Virus genome (UHGV): UHGV-0148168
Reading direction: 5' to 3' (one strand)
Source: a virus
Length of the DNA stretch: 13,309 nt
Made by a program: the position numbers and the translations under genes. This document shows positions 6,328 through 13,309 of the stretch, piece after piece. The notes beneath the pieces were generated by a model that was not told the DNA's origin, ran no database searches, and saw only the letters and a program-made list of their open reading frames with translations. The stretch's first letter is position 1. Each line of letters starts with the position of its first letter.

Positions 6328-6575
6328 TCCTTCTCTCTGATGATAATTACTTGATTTGGCTGTACAGACTTTTTAGTTTCACCCGCAATTGACCAAATAA
6401 ATGTAATAAACCAACCAATAATTGACCAGTTAAACAGTAAAGATGTGAAAAAGATTCCTACTGTCGATTTTGACCCACGCATCAAGGCGATGAACCATGG
6501 AAGCATGTATATAATAATAGCCAACACACCTGAAACTAAAACCATAAAAATTGAACCTGCTACTAAAGTTTCCAT
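6324..6575 (-). CDS. imm: Imm, membrane immunity protein (superinfection exclusion, blocks DNA injection of superinfecting phage), 83 aa
   Basis: 83 aa equals the length of T4 Imm. Two hydrophobic transmembrane segments. Located between genes 43 and 42 as in T4. Its Shine-Dalgarno overlaps the stop of the upstream lipoprotein ORF. Confidence 0.7.
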   Translation of the reverse strand: METLVAGSIFMVLVSGVLAIIIYMLPWFIALMRGSKSTVGIFFTSLLFNWSIIGWFITFIWSIAGETKKSVQPNQVIIIREKE

Positions 6576-6582
6576 GTTTTCC

Positions 6583-6963
6583 TCACTTAGTCAAATTTTT
6601 TACACATGAATTATAAGAATTCACTACATACTCCATCGGAGCATTTTTACCTGTACGCAACTGGTAATTATTAGCCCAATTTGCCCAAAGCACGGCGCAG
6701 TAATTTTCAATTTTTTCTTCGCGTGTAATTACATCTGAATTACGATATGCTTGAGCAGATTCATCTGGACGAATAGCTTCGTCAAAATTCGCCTGCATTT
6801 GTTCTACTGTTTGCTTTGGAGCTTCTTTATAACACTTGACATTAGGATTATAAAATTTGCTTGAACAGTTTACAATTTTTCCTGCATCAGACTGATTTAC
6901 TACCGGTCCTTGAGCTACACAACCAGTAAGACCTAATGCAATAACCAAAATAGCGATTTTCAT
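6583..6963 (-). CDS. Predicted lipoprotein, 126 aa from the ATG at 6963 (the track's 130-aa version starts at a TTG at 6975); function unknown, possibly the imm.1 position
   Basis: MKIAILVIALGLTGC is a classical signal peptide with lipobox L-T-G-C. Four further cysteines in the mature part. GGAG Shine-Dalgarno 6 nt before the ATG. A candidate promoter lies upstream and the gene 43 terminator lies beyond it. Confidence 0.6.
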   Translation of the reverse strand: MKIAILVIALGLTGCVAQGPVVNQSDAGKIVNCSSKFYNPNVKCYKEAPKQTVEQMQANFDEAIRPDESAQAYRNSDVITREEKIENYCAVLWANWANNYQLRTGKNAPMEYVVNSYNSCVKNLTK

Positions 6964-6997
6964 TTCATTCTCCAAATCCGTATTAGTTGATAGTTGT

Positions 6998-7027
6998 ATA
7001 GTACCATGGAAGAACAGTCTTGTAAAC
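6998..7027 (-). promoter_or_regulatory. Candidate sigma70-type early promoter for the lipoprotein-imm-small ORF-42 gene string: -35 GTTTAC (7027..7022), 18-nt spacer, TGG-TACTAT -10 (7003..6998)
   Basis: Minus strand reads GTTTACAAGACTGTTCTTCCATGGTACTAT, with a TG two bases before the -10. Lies downstream of the gene 43 terminator and about 35 nt before the lipoprotein ATG. Confidence 0.45.
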
Positions 7028-7110
7028 AGTTTTGTGAAAAATTTTTTAGGGAATTCTAAGGGTCCAGAATCATCTGTTTTTCATAAGTATAGATTTATAT
7101 TACTTGTATG

Positions 7111-7131
7111 AAAAAGGGACCCGGAGGTCCC
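7111..7131 (-). terminator. Rho-independent terminator after gene 43: GGGACC-UCCG-GGUCCC hairpin followed by UUUUU
   Basis: Plus 7116..7131 gggacccggaggtccc is a perfect 6-bp inverted repeat with a 4-nt loop. On the minus strand it is followed by TTTTT (7115..7111). Begins 13 nt after the gene 43 stop codon. Confidence 0.8.
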
Positions 7132-7144
7132 TAGATTTATTCTA

Positions 7145-9841
7145 TCAGCCAAACAGGAAGTCTAACGAAGCTTTTTCCTCATAATCCATACCAGCCGATT
7201 CACACATACCCGCAAGCGGTTTAACAAACGATTTTTGGAACAAAGTTGAGTAGTCAATCCAAGATAGTACATCAGAACGAATTTCTTTTGGAAGTTCTGT
7301 GCCCGACGGCCAAGCAATGCACTTGTCACCAAATGGATTTCCTTCACGCAATGGAAGAACCATTACCTTATTTCCATCCAAAATTGGAGCTACACCTAGA
7401 CCACTAACAGCTCGACGATAAGTTAGCACACCGCGAATATGGAACGGGCATTTAAATCCTGGCCAACCTTTATCATCATATTTCGCTATATCGTTCGCAG
7501 TTTTTACTTCAGCAATAACTTTATAGTCGAGTTGACGATATTCTTTCTCAAAGTTCTTGTAGTATTCTTGGACAGACTCTTCACCTTCCTGAAGAATACG
7601 ACGAATACTTTCTTCGAGAGCTTCTTGCACTGCTTTTGGTGTTGAACTCTGCTGAGTTTCCATGCCCATGATTTTTAGATGCGGTTCAGCAAATCGCTTA
7701 TCTTCCATATCATAAACGTTCAGAGCATAACGTTTTTTCGCTTTCCAAAATCCACCAACACCCTTTGAACCAAGCGGAGGGCAAGAAATAGCTTCACGGT
7801 CCATATGCATCAGATGCTCGCGATTATTCATATAATCACATAACTCACGATATGCAACATCAATCATAGGTTCCATCTTTTTCTTACCAAACTGATTCAT
7901 GAATTCAACTAAATCATTTTGTTCTTTAAAGCGGTCAAGACCTACTTTTTCAATTACTTTATCTACACAAACATATACCGAATCAGTATCACCTGCTGCA
8001 ATGAAATCTTCATCATTAGTTCCGCATACTTTATTCAGATATTCATTAATTTTACGAGCAATCCACTGAATACCGACTTGGCCAAAAATTGTGATAGCAG
8101 TAGCATTTCGCAAATCATAGTAACGGAAATGAATATTACCAAGAGCACCATAAAGACTGTTAATAAGAATTTTACGGTTTAGCTGATTTGTATTAGCAAG
8201 TGTAGCCGCTTTTTCACATTCTTCAATCAGACTATTGAGAACAGATTCAGTATAATTCGATAGTTCATTTAAGAAATCATCACTGAACTTAACATATCGT
8301 TCAACTTCTGGTTTAGTTGAACAAGACCCTGCGCCTTTCATAATAATCTTTTTAATAGCTTCGGCATTCATTTCTTCAGCGAACATTTTCTTTTTCCAAT
8401 CTTTACGCTGGAAAAATACTTTAGCGATTTCCTTTGGAATGATACCTTCTTGATGCTTATCATACATCCATCCATTCGGAGAACAAGAATATTCATCACT
8501 CGGTTTAGGAGCTGTTCCTGCGATATATTCATGAATTGGATGAACTTTAAACTGCCCACGAATAGTCTCAGGACTAATGTTAACCTGACGAATAATGCTC
8601 GGATACAGAGACGTCAAGTCAAAACTCATAATATATCGACGAGCAATTGGTTTAGGTTCAAACACAAATGCACCCGGAAAACTCTGTTTAACGTGCGAAC
8701 CTTGTTGAGGAATAACCTTATGTTCACCTTTCAATGAGTTAAAAATAATAGCATCCCAAGTTTTAATAGGACTCATTACACCGGAAAAAGGCATTTTAGC
8801 GTAATAAGACATACTTAAAACTAGATCGATAAACCCACGAATTTTATCAATTGCTTGAACTGATTCTACGTCAATGATGTTATAACTAATGTATCGTTGA
8901 TGATTAGTCTCACGAAGTTTATTAATAGGACCGTCGTATGGTAATTTACCTTTTTTGGTTTCATGCTGAGCAACTGATTCCAAAGAGAATGACGGCAAAT
9001 TAGTAAAAGCGAATTTCTTGTACAAATCTAAATAATCAAGAATAGATACGCCATCAATAGAATAAATTTCTTTGCTACCGTACATATTTTGAATTAGTTT
9101 AGATTTTACCCGACCGATTGGAGAGAAGCGTTTCATACTACGTTCGCCCAGAATCATTTTAACACGATTCATGATATACGGAACGTCAAACCCCTCAATA
9201 TTCCAACCGGTAAAAATAGCAGGTCGTTTCTGTTCCCAGAGATTGATATATTCCATGAGCATATCACGCTCATTATCGAATGGCATATAAATTACTCTGT
9301 CAAGAATTTCTTGAGGAACTTCATCACCACCTTCACAGTCAAGCTTAGCAGCTAACTTTGCATCCCATTTTGATACTGAACCGTACATTGAATTCAAAAG
9401 GTCGAAAACATAAAAACGATCGTCAATTGAATCATAATGAGTGATAGCATCAATTTCATATTCAGCTTTCATTGGGTCAGGAAATTTATCACCAGTAACC
9501 TCAATATCACAGTTAGCTACACGAACAAATTTTCGGTCATAAACAATTTCTGAACCATACGTATCACTGATATAAGCGAGTTTAAAATCGTTCATACCAA
9601 GAGCTTCGAGACCGATGTCTTCCATTCGCTTCATCCAATCTCGAGCATCTTTCATTGATTGAAATTTTTGAGGAGCGCAATTTTTACCATAAATGTCTTT
9701 GTACTTTGACTCTTCCTTACAATGCCTAAACATAGTCGGAAGATATTCTACTTCACGAGTACGTTCCTTTCCGTTTTCATCAATATAACGTTCAACAATG
9801 TTATTTCCGACTGTTTCGATAGAGATATAAAATTCTTTCAT
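7145..9841 (-). CDS. 43: Gene 43 DNA polymerase (family B, with 3'-5' exonuclease), 898 aa
   Basis: 898 aa equals T4 gp43. N-terminus MKEFYISIETVGNNIVERYIDENGKERTREVEY matches my recollection of T4 gp43. Exo I motif CDIEV, pol motif A DLTSLYPS, motif B KILINSLYGALG, motif C GDTDS. Confidence 0.96.
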   Translation of the reverse strand: MKEFYISIETVGNNIVERYIDENGKERTREVEYLPTMFRHCKEESKYKDIYGKNCAPQKFQSMKDARDWMKRMEDIGLEALGMNDFKLAYISDTYGSEIVYDRKFVRVANCDIEVTGDKFPDPMKAEYEIDAITHYDSIDDRFYVFDLLNSMYGSVSKWDAKLAAKLDCEGGDEVPQEILDRVIYMPFDNERDMLMEYINLWEQKRPAIFTGWNIEGFDVPYIMNRVKMILGERSMKRFSPIGRVKSKLIQNMYGSKEIYSIDGVSILDYLDLYKKFAFTNLPSFSLESVAQHETKKGKLPYDGPINKLRETNHQRYISYNIIDVESVQAIDKIRGFIDLVLSMSYYAKMPFSGVMSPIKTWDAIIFNSLKGEHKVIPQQGSHVKQSFPGAFVFEPKPIARRYIMSFDLTSLYPSIIRQVNISPETIRGQFKVHPIHEYIAGTAPKPSDEYSCSPNGWMYDKHQEGIIPKEIAKVFFQRKDWKKKMFAEEMNAEAIKKIIMKGAGSCSTKPEVERYVKFSDDFLNELSNYTESVLNSLIEECEKAATLANTNQLNRKILINSLYGALGNIHFRYYDLRNATAITIFGQVGIQWIARKINEYLNKVCGTNDEDFIAAGDTDSVYVCVDKVIEKVGLDRFKEQNDLVEFMNQFGKKKMEPMIDVAYRELCDYMNNREHLMHMDREAISCPPLGSKGVGGFWKAKKRYALNVYDMEDKRFAEPHLKIMGMETQQSSTPKAVQEALEESIRRILQEGEESVQEYYKNFEKEYRQLDYKVIAEVKTANDIAKYDDKGWPGFKCPFHIRGVLTYRRAVSGLGVAPILDGNKVMVLPLREGNPFGDKCIAWPSGTELPKEIRSDVLSWIDYSTLFQKSFVKPLAGMCESAGMDYEEKASLDFLFG

Positions 9842-9880
9842 AGATATTCCTTAGTTTATAGCCCGAGTTATTAGGCTCTT
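9842..9880 (-). promoter_or_regulatory. Gene 43 translational operator: mRNA hairpin (stem AGCCU/GGGCU, 8-nt loop AAUAACUC) plus Shine-Dalgarno AGGA, the site bound by gp43 for autogenous translational repression
   Basis: Minus strand reads GAGCCUAAUAACUCGGGCUAUAAACUAAGGAAUAUCUAUG. The loop AAUAACUC (plus 9865..9872) is the wild-type loop I recall from the T4 gene 43 operator used in the original SELEX experiment. Confidence 0.8.
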
Positions 9881-9899
9881 GATATATTATACTCCAAAT

Positions 9900-9917
9900 A
9901 AGGGGCCGAAGCCCCTT
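9900..9917 (-). other. GC-rich UUCG-tetraloop hairpin AAGGGGC-UUCG-GCCCCUU, starting 2 nt after the regA stop codon
   Basis: Plus 9900..9906 aaggggc, 9907..9910 cgaa, 9911..9917 gcccctt. Perfect 7-bp stem; the loop reads UUCG on the mRNA. Followed by UAUUUGGAG and a TATAAT at 9891..9886. Confidence 0.75.
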
Positions 9918-9919
9918 GC

Positions 9920-10288
9920 TTAATTACCAATCGTATATTTAGGAACGAGTTTCCATTCATGTTTTTGTTTAAAAGAAATAACTCGGAAGTTATTAGTTAA
10001 ATCTTTCATAAAAGTTCTTTGACCAGGAACGATTTCAATCAGTCCCCAATCTTCTAACAACCATGCTATTGAATCACGACGAACTTCATCTTCTTCTGTC
10101 ATTTCAACTTGGCGACCATCCATACGAAGCATTTCTTTAAAATGAACGATATAGTATAGTCCTTTTTTCTGAAGAATATGACAGGACTGATACAGAACTT
10201 TATCTTTATTATTAGCAATTCCCATACGAGTCAAAGTTTCTTTTACTTTCAGAAAATCTTCAGGTTTTTTAAGAGTAATTTCAATCAT
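9920..10288 (-). CDS. regA: RegA translational repressor of early genes, 122 aa
   Basis: 122 aa equals T4 RegA. Position between genes 62 and 43 as in T4. The ATG lies 1 nt after the gene 62 stop (TAA-A-ATG). Confidence 0.85.
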   Translation of the reverse strand: MIEITLKKPEDFLKVKETLTRMGIANNKDKVLYQSCHILQKKGLYYIVHFKEMLRMDGRQVEMTEEDEVRRDSIAWLLEDWGLIEIVPGQRTFMKDLTNNFRVISFKQKHEWKLVPKYTIGN

Positions 10289-10289
10289 T

Positions 10290-10853
10290 TTACCATTCCA
10301 ATGCTAGTTTTTTGAGTTGTTTCTGTTCTTTTACGTTCTTAGTCACTTCTTTCAAAAAATCATCCGTGACTAATCCTTTAAGTTCTTTTAATACTAAAGG
10401 AAGTTTTCCATTTTTAGTAAGAATTGATTTATAGTTAATTGCATCATTTGTATTAACTTGATACCGCTTAGCAAGTAACTTAATAATCAATACTTCGGTG
10501 GAATCTTCAACCAGTTTTGCCCATTTACCATATCTTTTACCACGAGGAACTGCAGCCATTAGATAATTAAAATGAGCTTCATCACTTAATCCAGAACCGA
10601 TTAAATTCATAGCATATACGGCTGGCATGCACTCTGGAAATTGTGATAATGCATTCTCAACCATGTATTTTGAATAATCTTTTTGAGCAATAGAGCATTT
10701 AGTTTTATTATTAATAGCTCCAATTATTTCAAAAAATTCATTTTCAGCTTTTTCCTTGAAAGAATCAGCAGCAGATTGGACAGCTGTCCAATCTTTTGAA
10801 TACCAAGCAACTTGATGCTTGTTTAATTGAATATCATCTTCAAATAAGCTCAT
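10290..10853 (-). CDS. 62: Gene 62 clamp-loader small subunit, 187 aa from the ATG at 10853 (the track's 194-aa version starts at a GTG at 10874)
   Basis: From the ATG the protein begins [22 protein letters not shown], consistent with T4 gp62 (187 aa as I recall). The ATG lies 1 nt after the gene 44 stop (TGA-T-ATG), indicating translational coupling. Confidence 0.85.
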   Translation of the reverse strand: MSLFEDDIQLNKHQVAWYSKDWTAVQSAADSFKEKAENEFFEIIGAINNKTKCSIAQKDYSKYMVENALSQFPECMPAVYAMNLIGSGLSDEAHFNYLMAAVPRGKRYGKWAKLVEDSTEVLIIKLLAKRYQVNTNDAINYKSILTKNGKLPLVLKELKGLVTDDFLKEVTKNVKEQKQLKKLALEW

Positions 10854-10854
10854 A

Positions 10855-11814
10855 TCACTTCCACTGCATTTCACATGCCAATTGAATGAAAAGATATGCT
10901 AAATGTAATTCCGTATTAGCCGCAATTCCATGATACTGATTATTTTCACCAACAATTTCATACATACGAATAATACTTTGCGGAGTTACACGTGAATAGA
11001 TTTCTTCGGCAAGTTTACCCACGAACCACGAATAATCAGCTGCATATTTTGGTGCTAAAGCTCTGAGTTGTTTAACATCTTTATTTTTGAGAGACTCAAG
11101 AACATCATCAATAGCACCACGATCGTTAGTAACCAGTGATAAAATACCAGCATCCAAAACACCTTTAGATGAATAACTATCGAGCTCGCCAATAGTTTTA
11201 CGAAAATCAGGAAAATTCTTTTTAACCAAAGCTGCTACAACTTTCATATCAGCTATAGCAATTCCTTCATGCTTGCAGATTTCAGTCAATCGACGAATCA
11301 TCTGCTTCATCATTTCAATTTTATCTTCATCGGTCGGTTGACCGAATGTAATAACTCGGCAGCGTGACTGAAGTGGTTTAATAATACCATCAATATTGTT
11401 AGCAGTAATAATAATACTACAGTTTGAACTATAAGCTTCCATAAAGGAACGAAGATGTCGCTGAGACTCTGCTAACCCTGAGCGGTCAAATTCATCAATA
11501 ACGATTACTTTTTGACGACCATCAAATGAAGCTGCACTAGCAAAATTAGTCAAAGGACCACGAACGAAATCAATTTTACAGTCTGATCCATTCACAAACA
11601 TCATATCAGCATTTACATCATGACACAATGCTTTTGCTACAGTTGTTTTACCTGTTCCTGGAGAAGGAGAATGAAGAATAATATGTGGAATCTTACCTTT
11701 ACTTGTAATAGATTTAAAGGTTTCTTTATCAAAGGCGGGAAGAATACATTCATCGATAGTAGATGGACGATATTTCTGTTCAAGAATGTGTTCTTTTTCA
11801 TTTACGGTAATCAT
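10855..11814 (-). CDS. 44: Gene 44 clamp-loader ATPase (AAA+, RFC-like), 319 aa from the ATG at 11814 (the track's version starts at a TTG at 11829)
   Basis: Walker [11 protein letters not shown], Walker B VIDEFD, SRC motif LQSRCR. From the ATG the protein begins [17 protein letters not shown] and is 319 aa, as in T4 gp44. GAGGAAA Shine-Dalgarno before the ATG. Confidence 0.92.
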
Positions 11815-11848
11815 AATTTCCTCATTCAAGTTTTAGTGTAAATTATAA

Positions 11849-11862
11849 AGGGCCGAAGCCCT
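11849..11862 (-). other. UUCG-tetraloop hairpin AGGGC-UUCG-GCCCU (extendable to 7 bp with a G-U pair), 3 nt after the gene 45 stop codon
   Basis: Plus 11849..11853 agggc, 11854..11857 cgaa, 11858..11862 gccct. On the mRNA it reads AGAGGGCUUCGGCCCUUU and is followed directly by UAUAAU (11847..11842), then the gene 44 Shine-Dalgarno. Confidence 0.7.
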
Positions 11863-11865
11863 CTA

Positions 11866-12552
11866 TTAAAAATCATGGGTAGAATCAGCTTCAAGAGCTA
11901 CTACATAATTCGCATGTTCACCTTCAAATTTAGCAGCGCCTTGTTTACCTTTTGCCCAGAGCAGAAGTTTATAATTTCCTGGTTGCATTTTCATATTTGC
12001 CATATTGATAATGAAATTAAATGTATTTTCACCATCGTAATCACCAAGAGTCAAAGAATATTTAACACGTGTCAAAGCAGAATCTTCTACTTTATTAAAA
12101 CCGTTAATTACGATTTTACCTTCTTTTACCGTGATAGCAATTGTATCAATTTGCAGACCACGAGATACACGCAACAGCTGTTGAAGGTCTTCAGCTTTAA
12201 TTTCGGTAACAACAGATGCTACCGGGAATGGAATTGGTTTATTAGGAGCAACTACTGTACTCGGATCGGCTGCTGGCCAAAAAATTGTTGAGCGTGCATC
12301 AGCAATTTTAATATTTCCATCTTCTGACTGGGAAATTTCTGCATCATCATTAACTAGAGACAGAATACCGAGAAAACCGTTCAAATCGTAAATTGCTACA
12401 TCAAAATCAATAACGTCAGAAATATTTGCTTCCGCATAAGTTGTACCATTAACTGCGCGAGTCATAATAAATTGACCTGATTTAAGCATAATGCCAGAGT
12501 TAATAGTAGCGAAATTTTTCAAAATATTCAGTGTGTCTTTAGATAATTTCAT
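11866..12552 (-). CDS. 45: Gene 45 sliding clamp (PCNA-like processivity factor), 228 aa
   Basis: 228 aa equals T4 gp45 and the N-terminus MKLSKDTLNILKNFATINSG matches my recollection. Sits upstream of 44/62 as in T4. The ATG overlaps the stop of the upstream ORF (ATGA). Confidence 0.9.
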   Translation of the reverse strand: MKLSKDTLNILKNFATINSGIMLKSGQFIMTRAVNGTTYAEANISDVIDFDVAIYDLNGFLGILSLVNDDAEISQSEDGNIKIADARSTIFWPAADPSTVVAPNKPIPFPVASVVTEIKAEDLQQLLRVSRGLQIDTIAITVKEGKIVINGFNKVEDSALTRVKYSLTLGDYDGENTFNFIINMANMKMQPGNYKLLLWAKGKQGAAKFEGEHANYVVALEADSTHDF

Positions 12553-13260
12553 TTCAATTTCCTATTTACATAATAGTTAGACCAGGACCGTACAGCACCC
12601 TGATAAGATTCGTCGTTAAACCCATTAGCTACTGCAATTTTACGAAATTTATTATAACTCGGTTTTCCGTAAGCATGCCATAAAGATTTTAATTCATCTT
12701 CATGTTCAATCCAAGTTCCTCTAGCTTTAGATTTTCTAAATTTTGATTTGAATTCCGGTAAATTATTTCTAACAGTTGCTTGAATTGAAGCTCTCTGTCT
12801 TCTTTCAGCATTATTCCATAACTCTTTTTGAGATTTAGAAATTTTTGATCTTACACTTTCTGAATTCATTATATCACTAAACTTTTTAGCATAACTACAA
12901 TCAAGATATTTCAATTTCATCTTATTTGAAAGTTTAAGCTTTTTCTCATCGGTCCAGTGATTCTTCATTGAATTAGATATTTTGTATTTTACGTCAGAAC
13001 TATGTTTGTAACCTTTACGAATACCAACATAATCGGGCGTGATTTCAGATTGCGAAAGCTTTACAATTTTTCCAGTTAAAACATTTTTATATGTTCCATA
13101 TCCTTTAGCGCCAATTAAAGTATTTTCATCTGCGTATGCTTTATTAAAATATTTTATATTACTTTTTGCTTTAACTTTTAATTGAAAAAATCTTTCCAAT
13201 TTTCTTGGATCTAATATAGTTTCAGCTAAAATTTTGACGGTATATTTAGTGGTTTTAATA
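12549..13260 (-). CDS. 5'-truncated ORF (at least 236 aa in the window) encoding a lysine-rich protein with NUMOD3-like repeats; probable homing-endonuclease DNA-binding region. The N-terminus lies beyond the window.
   Basis: Motifs YKHSSDVKYKISNSMKNHW and SESVRSKISKSQKELW resemble the NUMOD3 module of I-TevI (HKHSDITKSKISEKMKGKK, as I recall it). The ORF runs open into the adapter; the track's first six residues MCIRDS are translated from adapter sequence. The stop overlaps the gene 45 ATG. Confidence 0.5.
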
Positions 13261-13309
13261 CTGTCTCTTATACACATCTGACGCTGCCGACGACTCCTTA
13301 CGTGTAGAT
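13261..13309. other. Synthetic Illumina Nextera adapter (reverse complement of read-1 transposase adapter CTGTCTCTTATACACATCTGACGCTGCCGACGA, 8-nt index CTCCTTAC, start of P5 GTGTAGAT). Not phage sequence.
   Basis: 13261..13293 is an exact match, by eye, to the reverse complement of TCGTCGGCAGCGTCAGATGTGTATAAGAGACAG. The following 8 nt and GTGTAGAT fit the i5 index and P5 tail. Confidence 0.95.

Noticed and set aside
7092-7099. T4 late-promoter-like motif TATAAATC on the minus strand between the gene 43 terminator and the lipoprotein promoter
   Set aside because: It matches 7 of 8 positions of the late consensus TATAAATA, and the genes downstream are early or exclusion functions, so a late promoter is not expected. 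Too weak to call.
7162-7347. Minus-strand 61-aa ORF overlapping the 3' end of gene 43 in another frame
   Set aside because: Nested inside the DNA polymerase gene out of frame; no sign of a programmed frameshift or a separate initiation site.
7439-8737. Plus-strand ORFs (68, 87 and 95 aa) and a minus-strand 63-aa ORF inside gene 43
   Set aside because: All lie within the polymerase CDS, antisense or out of frame, with composition typical of spurious frames.
9886-9891. MotA-box-dependent middle promoter reading for the TATAAT upstream of gene 43
   Set aside because: The only TGCTT-like sequence near -30 is the GCTTCG of the UUCG hairpin, which is offset and mismatched. I kept only the observation of a -10-like hexamer, noted under the hairpin finding.
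11620-12291. Plus-strand ORFs of 73 and 138 aa over genes 44 and 45
   Set aside because: Antisense to the clamp and clamp-loader genes; no initiation signals; Phe/Cys/Ile-rich artefact composition.
50-13260. Search for tRNA or rRNA genes, CRISPR arrays, and integrase or transposase genes with terminal inverted repeats
   Set aside because: No cloverleaf-compatible GC-rich segments, no regularly spaced direct repeats, and no recombinase-like ORFs were seen. The only mobile-type genes are the two homing-endonuclease-like ORFs, and the only terminal repeats are the synthetic adapters.
13260-13277. N-terminus MCIRDS of the 242-aa track ORF
   Set aside because: These codons are translated from the Nextera mosaic-end adapter, not from phage DNA; the real gene is 5'-truncated at 13260.

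Overview
The window is a 13.2 kb segment of a T4-like (T-even, Tequatrovirus-type) phage genome (50..13260), flanked at both ends by synthetic Illumina Nextera adapter sequence (1..49 and 13261..13309). All calls rest on reading motifs and on recall of T4 proteins and gene order; no database search or computation was run. Every credible gene is on the minus strand, tightly packed and often overlapping at start/stop codons. In transcription order (high to low coordinate): a 5'-truncated basic protein with NUMOD3-like repeats (homing-endonuclease-like), gene 45 clamp, 44 and 62 clamp loader, regA, gene 43 DNA polymerase, a predicted lipoprotein, imm, an uncalled 49-aa membrane ORF, gene 42 dCMP hydroxymethylase, a GIY-YIG homing endonuclease, a GT-A-type glycosyltransferase at the position where T4 carries beta-gt, uvsX, gene 40, gene 41 helicase, dmd, a 61.4-like ORF and sp. 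Non-coding signals that can be read directly include the gene 43 translational operator hairpin with loop AAUAACUC, three GC-rich UUCG-tetraloop hairpins, one terminator after gene 43 and three candidate promoters. The best candidates for something undescribed are the lipoprotein/Imm/49-aa membrane cassette between genes 43 and 42, the two homing-endonuclease-like genes, and the non-T4 glycosyltransferase. All plus-strand ORFs in the track look like antisense artefacts.
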